The notes under the pieces: model-generated
Told to the model about the DNA's origin: nothing
What the model saw: the letters and a program-made list of their open reading frames with translations, nothing else
Databases searched by the model: none
Origin: Nitrosopumilaceae archaeon
GTDB taxonomy: Archaea; Thermoproteota; Nitrososphaeria; Nitrososphaerales; Nitrosopumilaceae
NCBI GenBank assembly: GCA_965208905.1
Contig: OZ242365.1
Coordinates: 1,504,001 to 1,568,000 of the forward strand
DNA: 64,000 nucleotides
Reading direction: 5' to 3'
Program-made: the position numbers and the translations under genes
Shown: piece after piece, positions 46,905 to 57,162 of the stretch
How positions within the stretch are numbered: position 1 is the first letter of the stretch
Layout: every line of letters begins with the position of its first letter

Positions 46905-48449
46905 TTACATAAAGAATCTGTAGTGATCCTGTAATACTTTATCTTTTTCCAATTCAGATAAAATCTTACCTACTTCTTCAGCAAATCTAATTGTAATTGG
47001 AAGAGCGGTTGAAAATGCAGTGGTGTTCCAATTTAGTTTTGTTAACCCAAGAATCTCTCTTGCGACGTCTTCATTCTGAGAGTTCCCTATATGTAATATG
47101 CGTAATGCGTTAGGAATCTTATGGCCTGCATACGAACGTATTCTTGGTGAAAACCCAGATGAATAAAGCAAAAATTCATTATTTGTTATTTCTACCAATG
47201 TTCCACGAAGAACAGGATAATTACCTAACCGAATAAAGTTAATCCATCCATGACTTGGACTTATTGTAACAAAGTCTTTTTCAGGAATCTTCTGTCCGTA
47301 TATTGCCTTGTTAAACCCAGTTTGTTCGTCTTCAGAAAATATAGATGACTTGTGTACTACAACTCGAGTTGGATTTCGTCCAGATGAAGTATGGTACTTT
47401 TTCAGAGCACATTCCATGAGAGTTTGTGCTTGGTTTTTTTTCATGTATGGTTGTTTTGTTTTTTCATCAATATCAACTTCGGTTCCTCGAAGCACGAGTC
47501 CCTCTCCATTATGTGTAAAGACTTGTGCCATTGAGATCTGTATATCGCGATTTGGACTTAGTTTGTCTCTAAAGAATGAAATTCCTATATAGCATGTATC
47601 TTGTCGTAGTTTTGCAAGTCTCCAAGGTTTTCCATTTGCTTTGTAGTATAATGCAGTACTGAAGTTCCAGCTAAACGTAGCAGGATCTTCTTTTGTGTTA
47701 TTTTTGAAGTTTTCATACTTTAGAACATGTTTTAATGTACTTTCTCTGATCAACTGGATTGGAATTCCATACTTCATTGCTTTGCCTTTAAGTGAGTTTC
47801 TAAAATCAAATCCCTTCTCTTTTATCTCTACATCGTTGACAGGAGCAAATCCCCATTGTGTTAGAAAGCTTTGGTGGTTTGCTTTTAGGTCTGCAGTTTT
47901 TAGCTCTAATGGTGAAGGCTTAGCAGTCTTTGCACCATATGTGTGCTCTCCAATTCCACAGTACAATTCTGCAGGTTTTGGAAGTGTACAGACAATTACG
48001 TTTGGTAGGTCATCACCTTCAGCAATTTTTTCTATTTTTTCGAGATATAGATTTACTGCATAACCAATCCTTTCATTAGGATTCTCAATATTTTCTATTT
48101 TGTGGAGTTCCAAATCATCCGACAACGACGCATTCCAATTTTTTGAGGTTTTTATAGTACACTTAAATTTACTTTTATTGTTCATTCCGGGATAATCAGC
48201 AAAAAGCCATCTGTTTAACTTGTAACTAGGAACAGGTTGTTCTATGAACCTTAAAATATCTTTAACAAGACGTGTACATTCTTTGTTTCCAATTATACCA
48301 ACTCTAACACTTTCCAACGGTGAGGATTCTTCCTGATGAAAAAATGGACCAAATTGTCCGAGGCCAATTCTAGGATCCTTGTCTTCGTTCTGGTTTCCAA
48401 AGATCAGGTCAGGTTCTGGAATATATTTTGCAACAAACTTAGGAACCAA
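46905..48449 (-). CDS. ago: Short prokaryotic Argonaute (MID-PIWI, slicer tetrad absent)
   Basis: EPDLIFG..DPRIGL..FGP; FRNSLK...IPIQLIRESTL; ALYYKANGKPW; CYIGISF; AQVF; VVVHKS; VLRGT; ILGLTKLNWN; PITIRFA; C-terminal YRFFM. No N or PAZ domain. Confidence 0.93.
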   Translation of the reverse strand: MVPKFVAKYIPEPDLIFGNQNEDKDPRIGLGQFGPFFHQEESSPLESVRVGIIGNKECTRLVKDILRFIEQPVPSYKLNRWLFADYPGMNNKSKFKCTIKTSKNWNASLSDDLELHKIENIENPNERIGYAVNLYLEKIEKIAEGDDLPNVIVCTLPKPAELYCGIGEHTYGAKTAKPSPLELKTADLKANHQSFLTQWGFAPVNDVEIKEKGFDFRNSLKGKAMKYGIPIQLIRESTLKHVLKYENFKNNTKEDPATFSWNFSTALYYKANGKPWRLAKLRQDTCYIGISFFRDKLSPNRDIQISMAQVFTHNGEGLVLRGTEVDIDEKTKQPYMKKNQAQTLMECALKKYHTSSGRNPTRVVVHKSSIFSEDEQTGFNKAIYGQKIPEKDFVTISPSHGWINFIRLGNYPVLRGTLVEITNNEFLLYSSGFSPRIRSYAGHKIPNALRILHIGNSQNEDVAREILGLTKLNWNTTAFSTALPITIRFAEEVGKILSELEKDKVLQDHYRFFM

Positions 48450-49932
48450 AAATTTCCTCCTCTAACTCTCCCTCATCATCCATTTCTGCATCAAATTCTT
48501 CAATATACTGATTAAAGTCTGCTGGAGGAATATCCCAAGTTATTCCAACTTCCATGCTTGTTTGTACTGATTTGTTTGATATTACAAAGTCTTTGATTAC
48601 CAATACATTGTTTCCATCGCCAAGCTTGTTAATCCAAAATAGAATGTTATTAAGCTGTTGTTTATTGTAAACTCTGTATGTTTGTGCTGTTATGATTGTT
48701 CCTGTTTTCATTCCAATCATAGGTGTACTTCCATCATTTGTGATCATCATGGTGGGATTCAACATAAGATAAAATTTTTCATCAATCATTATGACTCTGG
48801 CCCTGATTGATCCATGTGAATATACAAATCGTTTTAATTTGTCAGACCACATTTTTTTAGCAACTTGTTTTTTCTGAACCCCCCTGTATCTAGTAGCCCA
48901 TTCTTCTTTGCGCTCGTTTTCATAACTTGGCATTGTATAGTAGAATTTTTTGGTTTTATTATCGTAACATAATCCTTGTCGTTCTGCTTTAGCAGTAAAT
49001 TCCTTATTTAGTAAAGAAATGATTATCTTTTTCTTGTCAGGATCTTCTAACCAATTGACAACAGATTCTTGAAGTATTTTATCACGTTGAACAATCTCAC
49101 TATGAACGTCCATTGGATTGGTCAGATTTGCAAAGGTTACTATTTTATCTTCATACTGTCTATATTTTAATTGAAAATATTTTTGTTCAGGATGTACAAG
49201 CCGTAGTGTTTTAATTAGTTCTGCAAATGATTTATGTTTTGCAATACCGATGTAAACTTTTGCTGGAATGTTTTTTACTTCAAATAAATTGCTGTAAAGA
49301 ACCTCATGAATTTCTTCAGGTTCACCACTAAGAATCGACAATCGGTATTCTTCTTTTGTAAGACGTTTTTTGATTAACTTTATTTCATAATTAGAAGCGG
49401 GTACACTTTGTGTTCCTCGTCTTGTATATATGGTATTTTTTAGAACAACAGTCTTTTCATGCCCTTTTATGTAATATTTTATATCGTTTTTTGGGATCAT
49501 TATTTTAGGTGAAGGTAGAAAATAAATCAGGGCAAATTTTCTTTGTGTCTTGTTTATTATACGAAAAAATTCTGTGTATTGAATAGTGATTGGTTCATCT
49601 AAATATGAATTAATTTTTTCTTGCAATGATGCATCCTCTAACTCAAAATCATCAGCTAAACCAACTTTAACAAACTTCCCCTTAATTTTAGGATTGAAAT
49701 AATCATTTTGTTTTACACCAAGAACTAACCACCCTCCACCATAATTTGAAAATGCATAAACATCCTTGATTATCTTTAGAAAATCATGAGAGTTTTTTGT
49801 TAAATCAATAGTCATCTTAAAATCATGAAAAGTAGTTTCCTTTGTCTGAGATAAGAGATAATCACAAACATACTCACCTGTTGGATCTGATACTTCATTG
49901 TTGATTAACACATTGCCTCTAAAATCAGACAT
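48439..49932 (-). CDS. Schlafen/AlbA_2-APAZ fusion (pAgo partner)
   Basis: N-terminal ETTFHDFK...IKDVYAFSNYGGGWLVLGV...IYTRRGTQS (AlbA_2). From EVLYSNLFEV to YLMLNPTMMITNDG...YNKQQLNNILFW it matches the APAZ pattern. Overlaps the pAgo start by 11 nt. Confidence 0.85.
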   Translation of the reverse strand: MSDFRGNVLINNEVSDPTGEYVCDYLLSQTKETTFHDFKMTIDLTKNSHDFLKIIKDVYAFSNYGGGWLVLGVKQNDYFNPKIKGKFVKVGLADDFELEDASLQEKINSYLDEPITIQYTEFFRIINKTQRKFALIYFLPSPKIMIPKNDIKYYIKGHEKTVVLKNTIYTRRGTQSVPASNYEIKLIKKRLTKEEYRLSILSGEPEEIHEVLYSNLFEVKNIPAKVYIGIAKHKSFAELIKTLRLVHPEQKYFQLKYRQYEDKIVTFANLTNPMDVHSEIVQRDKILQESVVNWLEDPDKKKIIISLLNKEFTAKAERQGLCYDNKTKKFYYTMPSYENERKEEWATRYRGVQKKQVAKKMWSDKLKRFVYSHGSIRARVIMIDEKFYLMLNPTMMITNDGSTPMIGMKTGTIITAQTYRVYNKQQLNNILFWINKLGDGNNVLVIKDFVISNKSVQTSMEVGITWDIPPADFNQYIEEFDAEMDDEGELEEEIFGS

Positions 49933-49949
49933 GATCCTTTAGTATATTT

Positions 49950-49968
49950 CTACCTTTATATAAATAAC
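49950..49968 (-). promoter_or_regulatory. Putative archaeal TATA box of the Schlafen-APAZ/pAgo operon
   Basis: TTTATATAAA on the - strand about 20-30 nt upstream of the ATG at 49932. Confidence 0.55.
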
Positions 49969-49970
49969 TC

Positions 49971-50586
49971 AAGATCTCGAAATCTGGCAGAAAGATGCTA
50001 AAAATGAGATAGAAACACTAGAAAAAGACGGATTCACGCCTATAATGTCGGACGAAAGCCACCAAAATTTGAGCATGTTTGGCAGCGGCGCAGTCTATAC
50101 ACGCGGTGATGCCATACCGGTACAAACGCCACTTTGCAACCAGCGCCAGACCATATACGGCTGCATCACGCTGGACGGGCAGACATGCTATATGGCCGCT
50201 AGCAAGGCCAACGACAGGTCCTTTATCAGGTATTTGAATAAGACAAAAAAACGGTTCGGTAAGGTTGCCGTAATACTGGATAATGCTGCATATCACAACT
50301 CTAGCCGCATAAAGCGATACTTGAAAAAGAATAGTGATTTTGTCAAACTGTTATTCTTGCCGCCGTACTCGCCGTTTTTGAATCCGGCCGAATGGCTGTG
50401 GCTCAACGGCAAGACAAGGATACGGCGAACTTTCAGGCAGCCGGCCAAAAGATATTTCCGAAGAAAAATCATGCCGATATACGATTCACTGGAAATAAAG
50501 TTTAAGCCGCGCAACATTCTGTTCAGAAATTTGGACAAAATTCTACCGACGTAAAACTGGTGTCGGGTTATTTATGCACCTGACTA
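49971..50586 (+). mobile_element. 5'-truncated IS630 copy, inverted relative to 45693-46798
   Basis: Near-identical DDE half (50045-50554) and right TIR GTGTCGGGTTATTTATGCACCTGACTA followed by TA. Confidence 0.92.
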
Positions 50587-50738
50587 TAATTTGGGCCTAA
50601 TGCTTAATGGTTTATTTTGTGTAACATGTAATTTTGTTTTTATATGTCTGATGGCATACTGTTGCATATGGAAAACCATACGACGCGTATACTGCATCAA
50701 TGCATTGTGTTTTGGGACATCAAACGTGAGGGATTGAT

Positions 50739-51437
50739 TTGCAGACAAATGTAACGCATAAAAACAGAAAACCCCCATATCCGAACACTGTGTTGGGAGA
50801 AACACTTTGGTATATTGTCTGTAAAATATATGACAAAAACTTGGAGCCATATAAATATAAAAATGTGGTATTGGGACTAGTATTCCTTAAACACACGTTT
50901 GATGTATTCATGACGAACCCAAAAACGATAAAAACAATCCCCGGAAAATTCCAAAGTCATGAGAAACATACCATTAATCTCCTTTTGGTCCCAAATGATT
51001 ATCACTGGTTTAATATTACTCGGCAAGTACATCAGCCAAACACGGGACAAATAATGGATTATGCTATGTCGTTTTACTCTACACCAATACAAATTTGTAT
51101 CAAGATTTTATCTAAAAAGTGCAATAAAGGGGACGTACTGTTTAGTGATATGCGTATGATGAGTCACATGAAAGACAGGACATGCCACATTCTTAACGAT
51201 ATACCGCAAATAACCTATGATGCTTGGTGCAATCATTATTACAAAGATATATCTGGGTTTTGTAAAAGTGTCAACACGGTTGAAATAAACCTGCAATATT
51301 ATATGTTGGAGTCATGGCGTTATGTGGGAGAAATCAGTTCTAGCGATGTATCATCTGTTTGGTGGCAGGACAATTTATTTACAAAGTATAACAAACCACA
51401 GGACAAGACAGAGGGTTCGGGAGTCATACATAAATGA
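50739..51437 (+). pseudogene. hsdM: Internally deleted type I R-M HsdM remnant
   Basis: N-terminal YKNVVLGLVFLK and C-terminal GFCKSV..EI...RYVG are retained; SAM-binding and NPPF motifs are missing. Confidence 0.65.
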
Positions 51438-51856
51438 GTCTTGATGTTACCTCCTTAAAGAGCGCCATAGACCAGTTGCAGGATGCGCTTGCAGTATATG
51501 ATTCGGAACTTGTCCGCGACCATCCGTATCTTAAAAAACACCTGCGAAGCGCATGCATACAGGCTTTTGAGTTCACATATGAACTCTCTCTCAAGATGGT
51601 TAAGCGTTCACTGAAGACTTATTTTGAGATGGATGTTTTTAACATGACGTTTAACAGAATAATTCGAGAAGCCTATGCGCGTCAAATCATTGATTCTGAG
51701 CTTTCGGTCTGGCAAAAATACCGTCAGAACCGTACAATCACAAGTCATACGTATGCTGAGAAGGATGCGCAAGAAGTCTTTGAGGGTACTCCGGACTTTC
51801 TGGTTGAGGCCAAATATCTTTTGTCTCGGCTGCAGGAGTTAAACAAATATGACTAG
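51434..51856 (+). CDS. HEPN-family (HI0074-like) toxin / nucleotidyltransferase substrate-binding protein
   Basis: IQAFEFTYEL, RTITSHTY (Rx4H). Confidence 0.88.
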   Translation: MSLDVTSLKSAIDQLQDALAVYDSELVRDHPYLKKHLRSACIQAFEFTYELSLKMVKRSLKTYFEMDVFNMTFNRIIREAYARQIIDSELSVWQKYRQNRTITSHTYAEKDAQEVFEGTPDFLVEAKYLLSRLQELNKYD

Positions 51857-52157
51857 TCCAATTGACATCAACCCATACCATCTGGATATTGTGCGGGATA
51901 TATTGCACAAATATTTGCCAACTGGATTTAGCGTCTGGGTGTTTGGTAGCCGGGCCATCTGGACAACAAGATTTTCATCTGATCTGGATATTGCTGTCCA
52001 AGGAAAAGACAAGTTAGACTATGATTCCAAGCTTGCGTTGGATATTGCCTTTGATGAGTCGGCGCTACCGTATACGGTGGATATAATTGATCTAAATAAT
52101 GTCAATCCACAGTTTAAACTGATTGTTGACAAGGAAAAGGTACCACTTCCAATGTAA
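51849..52157 (+). CDS. Minimal nucleotidyltransferase (MNT) antitoxin
   Basis: VFGSRA...SDLDIAV...VDIID; the stop codon is supplied by the adjacent IS66 end. Confidence 0.88.
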   Translation: MTSPIDINPYHLDIVRDILHKYLPTGFSVWVFGSRAIWTTRFSSDLDIAVQGKDKLDYDSKLALDIAFDESALPYTVDIIDLNNVNPQFKLIVDKEKVPLPM

Positions 52158-53720
52158 CAGGATGTCAATAAGATTGTGGAGTTTTTTAGTAAAAAATTCG
52201 ATGTACAGGACAGGGAAATTGCACAGAAGGACGATACAATAGCACAATTACAGGACCGGATAAAGCAGCTGGAGGAGGAAGTCACACAGACGAAATCGCG
52301 TAGGTATGGCGGCAAAAAATCCCGGTCATATAACATCCGTAAATACAAGGACTACCCACACCAGCACACGCCAAGAAACAGGCCCGACAACTCTGACTCG
52401 CACCAATTTCGTACAATACAACAGGTGGCCGATATTGTATTCTGTCCCACGTGCGGCAAACATCTTGCAGATACTGCTGTATCACGCACCCGGAAATCCG
52501 AGGATGTGTTAGACGGGCGATGGACCGTAACTGAATGGGTAGTACGCCGGCGATACTGCAAACACTGCCGTACGCAACACTCTGCAACCATTCCGGGTGT
52601 GCTGTATAATGGACATTTTGGCACTACAATAATGGCCCAGATATTTGCAATGCGGTGCCTTGCCATACCGTATGAAAAAATTCAAACCATAATACACATG
52701 CTGTTTGGCAGGTTCATCGACACATCCGTAGTTATAGACATGTGCGATGCCGTTGCAGACCGGTGCGAGCCGTTATACAATGAGATGTTGGAGGCTATAC
52801 AGCATACCGATATAGTATTTGGGGATGGCTCCGGATGGTTCCTTAATGGTGTACACTGGTGGGTCTGGGCGTTTATCACCTCACACATAGTACTGTTTCA
52901 TCTGTCTCCGTCCCGCAGCAAGCTTGTAACTGAGGCCATACTGGAGGGGTTTGATGGGATAATTGTAGGTGATTCACATTCCTCGTGGAATGATATAGGC
53001 CTGGAAAAACAGAGGTGTCTTCTGCACTATTTCCGTGACATGTACCGCACGCTAGAAAAGAACAATAGTCCAGAGTTCAAGCAGCTATTCACCGAGCTGC
53101 ATTCCATACTAAAGGATGTAATAAAGCTGCGGGAAGAACACCGGAAAACACCCGAATTGTACATACGTCGTCTACAGAGCCGCATATGTACTCTTGCAAA
53201 TGCACAATACACGGATTCGGACTGTATACGATACGCCAAGCGTTTAAGGCGCGAGGGCGGACAGCTTTTGACGTTTCTAAAACATGATGACATACCGTAC
53301 CACAACAACACAAGTGAGCGCGCCCTACGGACATTTGCACTAATGAGAAAGGTCTGTTACGGAAACCGCGCAAGGCGCGGCATAAAGACCGCTGAAATAC
53401 TGGCGAGCATATATGCAACCTGCCGTGTACGCGGCATAAACCCGTACTATTTTATGAAGGATTATCTTGACGGCAATACGGACACGATTCCACTGCCGCA
53501 AGACTCCATGATTCCAGTTGCCATCAGTACGTGATGCATAAATTGTTGCAGGACATCAGTCAGATACATCCACCTGTCTCTATTTCCAGTTGCCATCAGT
53601 ATGTGATGCGTAAATTATTGCAGGAAAGGTCAATACGATACTGCCGTGTGTATATGATTATGGATGGTTCACCGTATTTGTGTTGTGTGTGATCCCAGCT
53701 TCACAATCACGAGCTGTTAC
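52154..53720 (+). mobile_element. IS66-family element (transposase 52176-53534)
   Basis: Ends GTAACAG...CTGTTAC; CPTCG, CKHC, QRCLLH, HNNTSERALR. No TSD seen; ~42-bp direct repeat at 53512 and 53584. Confidence 0.85.
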
Positions 53721-53844
53721 GCATAAACTCCATTATTCATAATTGCAGAAAAAGGTGGTTTTAACGCCTGATAGATAGGCCGATCAAGCGTATATGAACA
53801 ATGTCTAGTTTTTATATCTAAATGTATTAAACGAGGTTAGGTCT

Positions 53845-54501
53845 ATGTTCAGAGTTAAAAACGTCAACAAAGCGATTAAAATTCTACTTGGAGTCATGAT
53901 TCCAATAGTCGTCGCATCTACGGTAATAGATATTATTGTATATGATGCAGAGGGTAATTACAGTTCAATTGTCTCTGGAAGTGTAGGCATACTTATGTCG
54001 GTGTTTATTGCATCACTAATCCTACTTGTCCATAAGGATAACGTTGAATGGAGGAGATGTCAGGAATTGGAGTTGAAGTGTAGTGTACTGGATGGAACCT
54101 ATATTGAATTAGATGATGTCTACAGCCATATTAAATCAAGACGTGATCTCTACATATATGAAAAACCGGGAGAGCCGCCCGTAGAGTTTACCAACGCATA
54201 TTTTTATCATGACACGTACGACAAAGTCCTTAATTCACTTCAAATACATAGTTATGGGCTTAAAATAAATAAAATAAAAAAGATAATTCACAACATTAAA
54301 GAACATAACAGAATTTGGCTAAAGTTTGATTCTATAGTCCCAGACTTTTATGATAAAGAACCAGAAATTAAAGACGATACACAAATTCAACTATATTATA
54401 GAAGATTGGAAGGTTACGAAAAAATTCTGATTAAAGAAATACCCATAGTTTTACAATACATAAAGAGTGCTCGGGATCGCCTTTCTAACCATCAATCTTA
54501 G
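53845..54501 (+). CDS. Hypothetical membrane protein (two N-terminal TM helices)
   Basis: Two hydrophobic segments followed by a soluble helical domain. Confidence 0.7.
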   Translation: MFRVKNVNKAIKILLGVMIPIVVASTVIDIIVYDAEGNYSSIVSGSVGILMSVFIASLILLVHKDNVEWRRCQELELKCSVLDGTYIELDDVYSHIKSRRDLYIYEKPGEPPVEFTNAYFYHDTYDKVLNSLQIHSYGLKINKIKKIIHNIKEHNRIWLKFDSIVPDFYDKEPEIKDDTQIQLYYRRLEGYEKILIKEIPIVLQYIKSARDRLSNHQS

Positions 54502-55382
54502 GGTCATATGGTCTAAGTCTTGCACCACTGGGAGTTCGATATTTTTTTGGCCATCCAGATCCACTTTTTGATGGTTCTCTAGAATTTGGATTGAGGTTGG
54601 AGCTGTCCGTCTTTTTCATGACATAATAACGTGCACACATCTTTTAAAGTTTAGCGGACATGATGCTATTTCCGAACCGTTTAACATCAAATGACCCCCA
54701 CATCCTATGTTATGTAAGTCACATCTACAAAAGATCAGCAACAAAACCACACTATCACACTGCAACCGGGATGTGAGGTTCGTTTTGAAAAGTATTTGCC
54801 TGCGGGACATACCCCATAAAATCAATGTTAATTATGCATAAACTCTAATATCCGTAATTCTTACTTTCATGTCAAATCCAGGTTCAAATATTCTGATTTC
54901 AATTAATTCCACATATTGTCTAATGTTCAGTGCATCAGAGGCAAATCCAGAAAAAACCGTGCCATCATAAGCGTACGATTTACCGAAAGGCTCAAGGGTT
55001 CGCCCATATCCATCAAAACCACAACTTCATTACGCCTGCTCCGACAAGCTTGTCGTAATTGAATAATTAGTATTTATCGTGGCGGCGCGAGGCACTTCCA
55101 GAAAAAACATCGGGGTCAAATCCTGTCGAGATTTCTCCTTAAATAATAACCATGTCACATTTCAAGATCGTTTGTATGTCGAACCTAAGAATACCGTATT
55201 TTTCTAGGCCTCCTGTGGGGTCTGACCGTTTTTCTGTGGGATGCCCTTCGGGTGCCGTTTCTGGTCAAAATTACCATACCGGTGCATATAACTGCAGCAA
55301 ATTTTGTCTGTTTTCTGGCTCTAGTTTGAAAATGAGTGCATTATTTTGGATAGTCTTATGTGCATCAGGGCAGGTTCCCGGA

Positions 55383-56315
55383 TCATTCGGCATTGACCAG
55401 TTTGACAAGTCTCTGCAGATATATAGTAAATTGGTCTACAAACCCGTTGAATTTTTTTTCATCTATTTCTGTAACCAGCAAATCTTTTTCCCCGCCCCAT
55501 TCGAATATATTGTCTTGTTCGACAAGCATTCTTTTTTGCGCGAAATTATTCCTAAATCTTTCATAGCGCAGCAGCGCAAAGTCAATTTTTTTAATTACAC
55601 AACCTTCAATATCTTCTACGTCTATTCCGAATTCCTCGGAAATCATGTACACATCTAAAAAATCTCGAGCTTTGGTTCCTCTTCTGGTTAAGAGTGCCCT
55701 GATCTTCTCACTCATAATTTCTTTTATGTCATATATCCTAAAAGGTATCGAAGAGGAGTATTGATCATATTCGTCAAACACACCCTCCAGATCTTTGTGT
55801 TCGTCTCCAATCAGGCTCCGAAGGGCCCCGTATTGCGGTTTCATGCACAAATCTTCTACAAAGTTTATTTGCACTTTCAAATCCACATTTCTGTTTAGTA
55901 TTACAGAGTTATAGCGGATGTGGAATGTAGTGATCCTTCCACCGTTGTTTAATTCCACGTAATTCCTGTTGCCTTTATCCCACTTGAAATCAAGGTTGCA
56001 CCCGGCCGCGATGCCTTCCAACATGTTTCCAGTCTGTTCCAGCACATCTTCCAAATACTTGACAATCCAGCTCGTTGTTTTTCCGACAAACTCTTCCTGT
56101 TTCCGCCATGTAAAGTCCAAGTCTTCGGAGAACCTGTAATATCCGAGATAATATTTTATCAGGCAGGTCCCACCCTTGAAAAGAAAATTATCGGCAAAGA
56201 ACCCATCTCTGGACAGGTCTGCAAGTATTTGATGTAAGACAAAGTCTTTTTCAATTTGTTCCATTCTCGAAATCTTTGTCAGCGTCGAGACTTGATTTAT
56301 GAAGTACGAATTCAT
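55383..56315 (-). CDS. abiEii: AbiEii-family nucleotidyltransferase toxin (type IV TA)
   Basis: IEKDFV, FKGGTCL..YY...YRFSEDLDF, EKIRAL..R..ARDFLD. Confidence 0.92.
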   Translation of the reverse strand: MNSYFINQVSTLTKISRMEQIEKDFVLHQILADLSRDGFFADNFLFKGGTCLIKYYLGYYRFSEDLDFTWRKQEEFVGKTTSWIVKYLEDVLEQTGNMLEGIAAGCNLDFKWDKGNRNYVELNNGGRITTFHIRYNSVILNRNVDLKVQINFVEDLCMKPQYGALRSLIGDEHKDLEGVFDEYDQYSSSIPFRIYDIKEIMSEKIRALLTRRGTKARDFLDVYMISEEFGIDVEDIEGCVIKKIDFALLRYERFRNNFAQKRMLVEQDNIFEWGGEKDLLVTEIDEKKFNGFVDQFTIYLQRLVKLVNAE

Positions 56316-56947
56316 TAAACCATCCTATCCACCATTTTTGCTACCGATTTTGGATAGTTTACGGCATATCTCTGCATCTTTTTTTGGGATACGTTTTCAG
56401 CCCATTCAGAGGTATCCATCATAATTCTTTCACTGTTCTTTCCTTCTTGCCGCCACAAATAAACAAAGTCCAAAATTGTCTTTTCTGGATCAGAGTAGCG
56501 AAGTAGTCCTTCGGTCTTTATTCCAAAACCAAGCAGGGAAGGGACAATCTTGATAAAGTCGAAATAGTATCCTGTTATCTTTATTGGTTTTTGACGAAAT
56601 ATAGAATCATTGATCACCTTCTCAATCACAAAATATTCATGCGTCATGTTGTTGAGTTTCAATGCGGAATGAAGGCCAAAGTGCCAGTTTTTTACACCCT
56701 TTAACTCCATACCTTTTGCTACCAGTTCCAGATGGTTGTATCTTTCCTTTCTTAGTACCATATCCTCGGGAGGCCTAACATAAAATATTCCCCTAAAGAT
56801 CCTTGTCAGGTGACCACGGTGAACAAAGTTTCTGACAGTTGTGTCGTAATCCAAGTGCAGTTTAATGCAGTAACCTTTTAGGACCTCGGCGGTGACAAAT
56901 TCTTCTTTCTCCACCCATAGCTTGTTGAGTAGCTTACTTATCTTCAT
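56315..56947 (-). CDS. abiEi: AbiEi-like antitoxin / transcriptional regulator
   Basis: wHTH-like N-terminus (RIFRGIFY), SAL, SDPEKTILD; TAATG coupling to the toxin gene. Confidence 0.8.
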   Translation of the reverse strand: MKISKLLNKLWVEKEEFVTAEVLKGYCIKLHLDYDTTVRNFVHRGHLTRIFRGIFYVRPPEDMVLRKERYNHLELVAKGMELKGVKNWHFGLHSALKLNNMTHEYFVIEKVINDSIFRQKPIKITGYYFDFIKIVPSLLGFGIKTEGLLRYSDPEKTILDFVYLWRQEGKNSERIMMDTSEWAENVSQKKMQRYAVNYPKSVAKMVDRMV

Positions 56948-56951
56948 GTGT

Positions 56952-57024
56952 ATAACAACCTCTCACTTAGTGAGAGTTTATGATATATATAATAACATCT
57001 CACTTAATGAGAGGTTATGATATA
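56952..57024. promoter_or_regulatory. Two tandem palindromic operators upstream of abiEi
   Basis: CTCTCACT-T-AGTGAGAG (56960-56976) and a second copy TCTCACTTAATGAGA at ~56998, each followed by TTATGATATA. Confidence 0.75.
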
Positions 57025-57162
57025 CAACAGTCTTCCAATGTCGGGCTGTAAGGAAATCTTGAACAAATTACGTACCTCAGGGCGCTTAGACCAGAGTACT
57101 CCAAGGCGTCGTGCCTGTTAAACGTGCTTCCAAGAGGCAGGTCGGTTACTATCCTAACCACT

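Noticed and set aside
46905-48449. Catalytically active long pAgo
   Set aside because: No N or PAZ domains, and the DEDX tetrad positions are substituted.
57060-57160. Possible IscB/IsrB-type omegaRNA or IS605 end
   Set aside because: Only a vague resemblance; no convincing stems or associated ORF.
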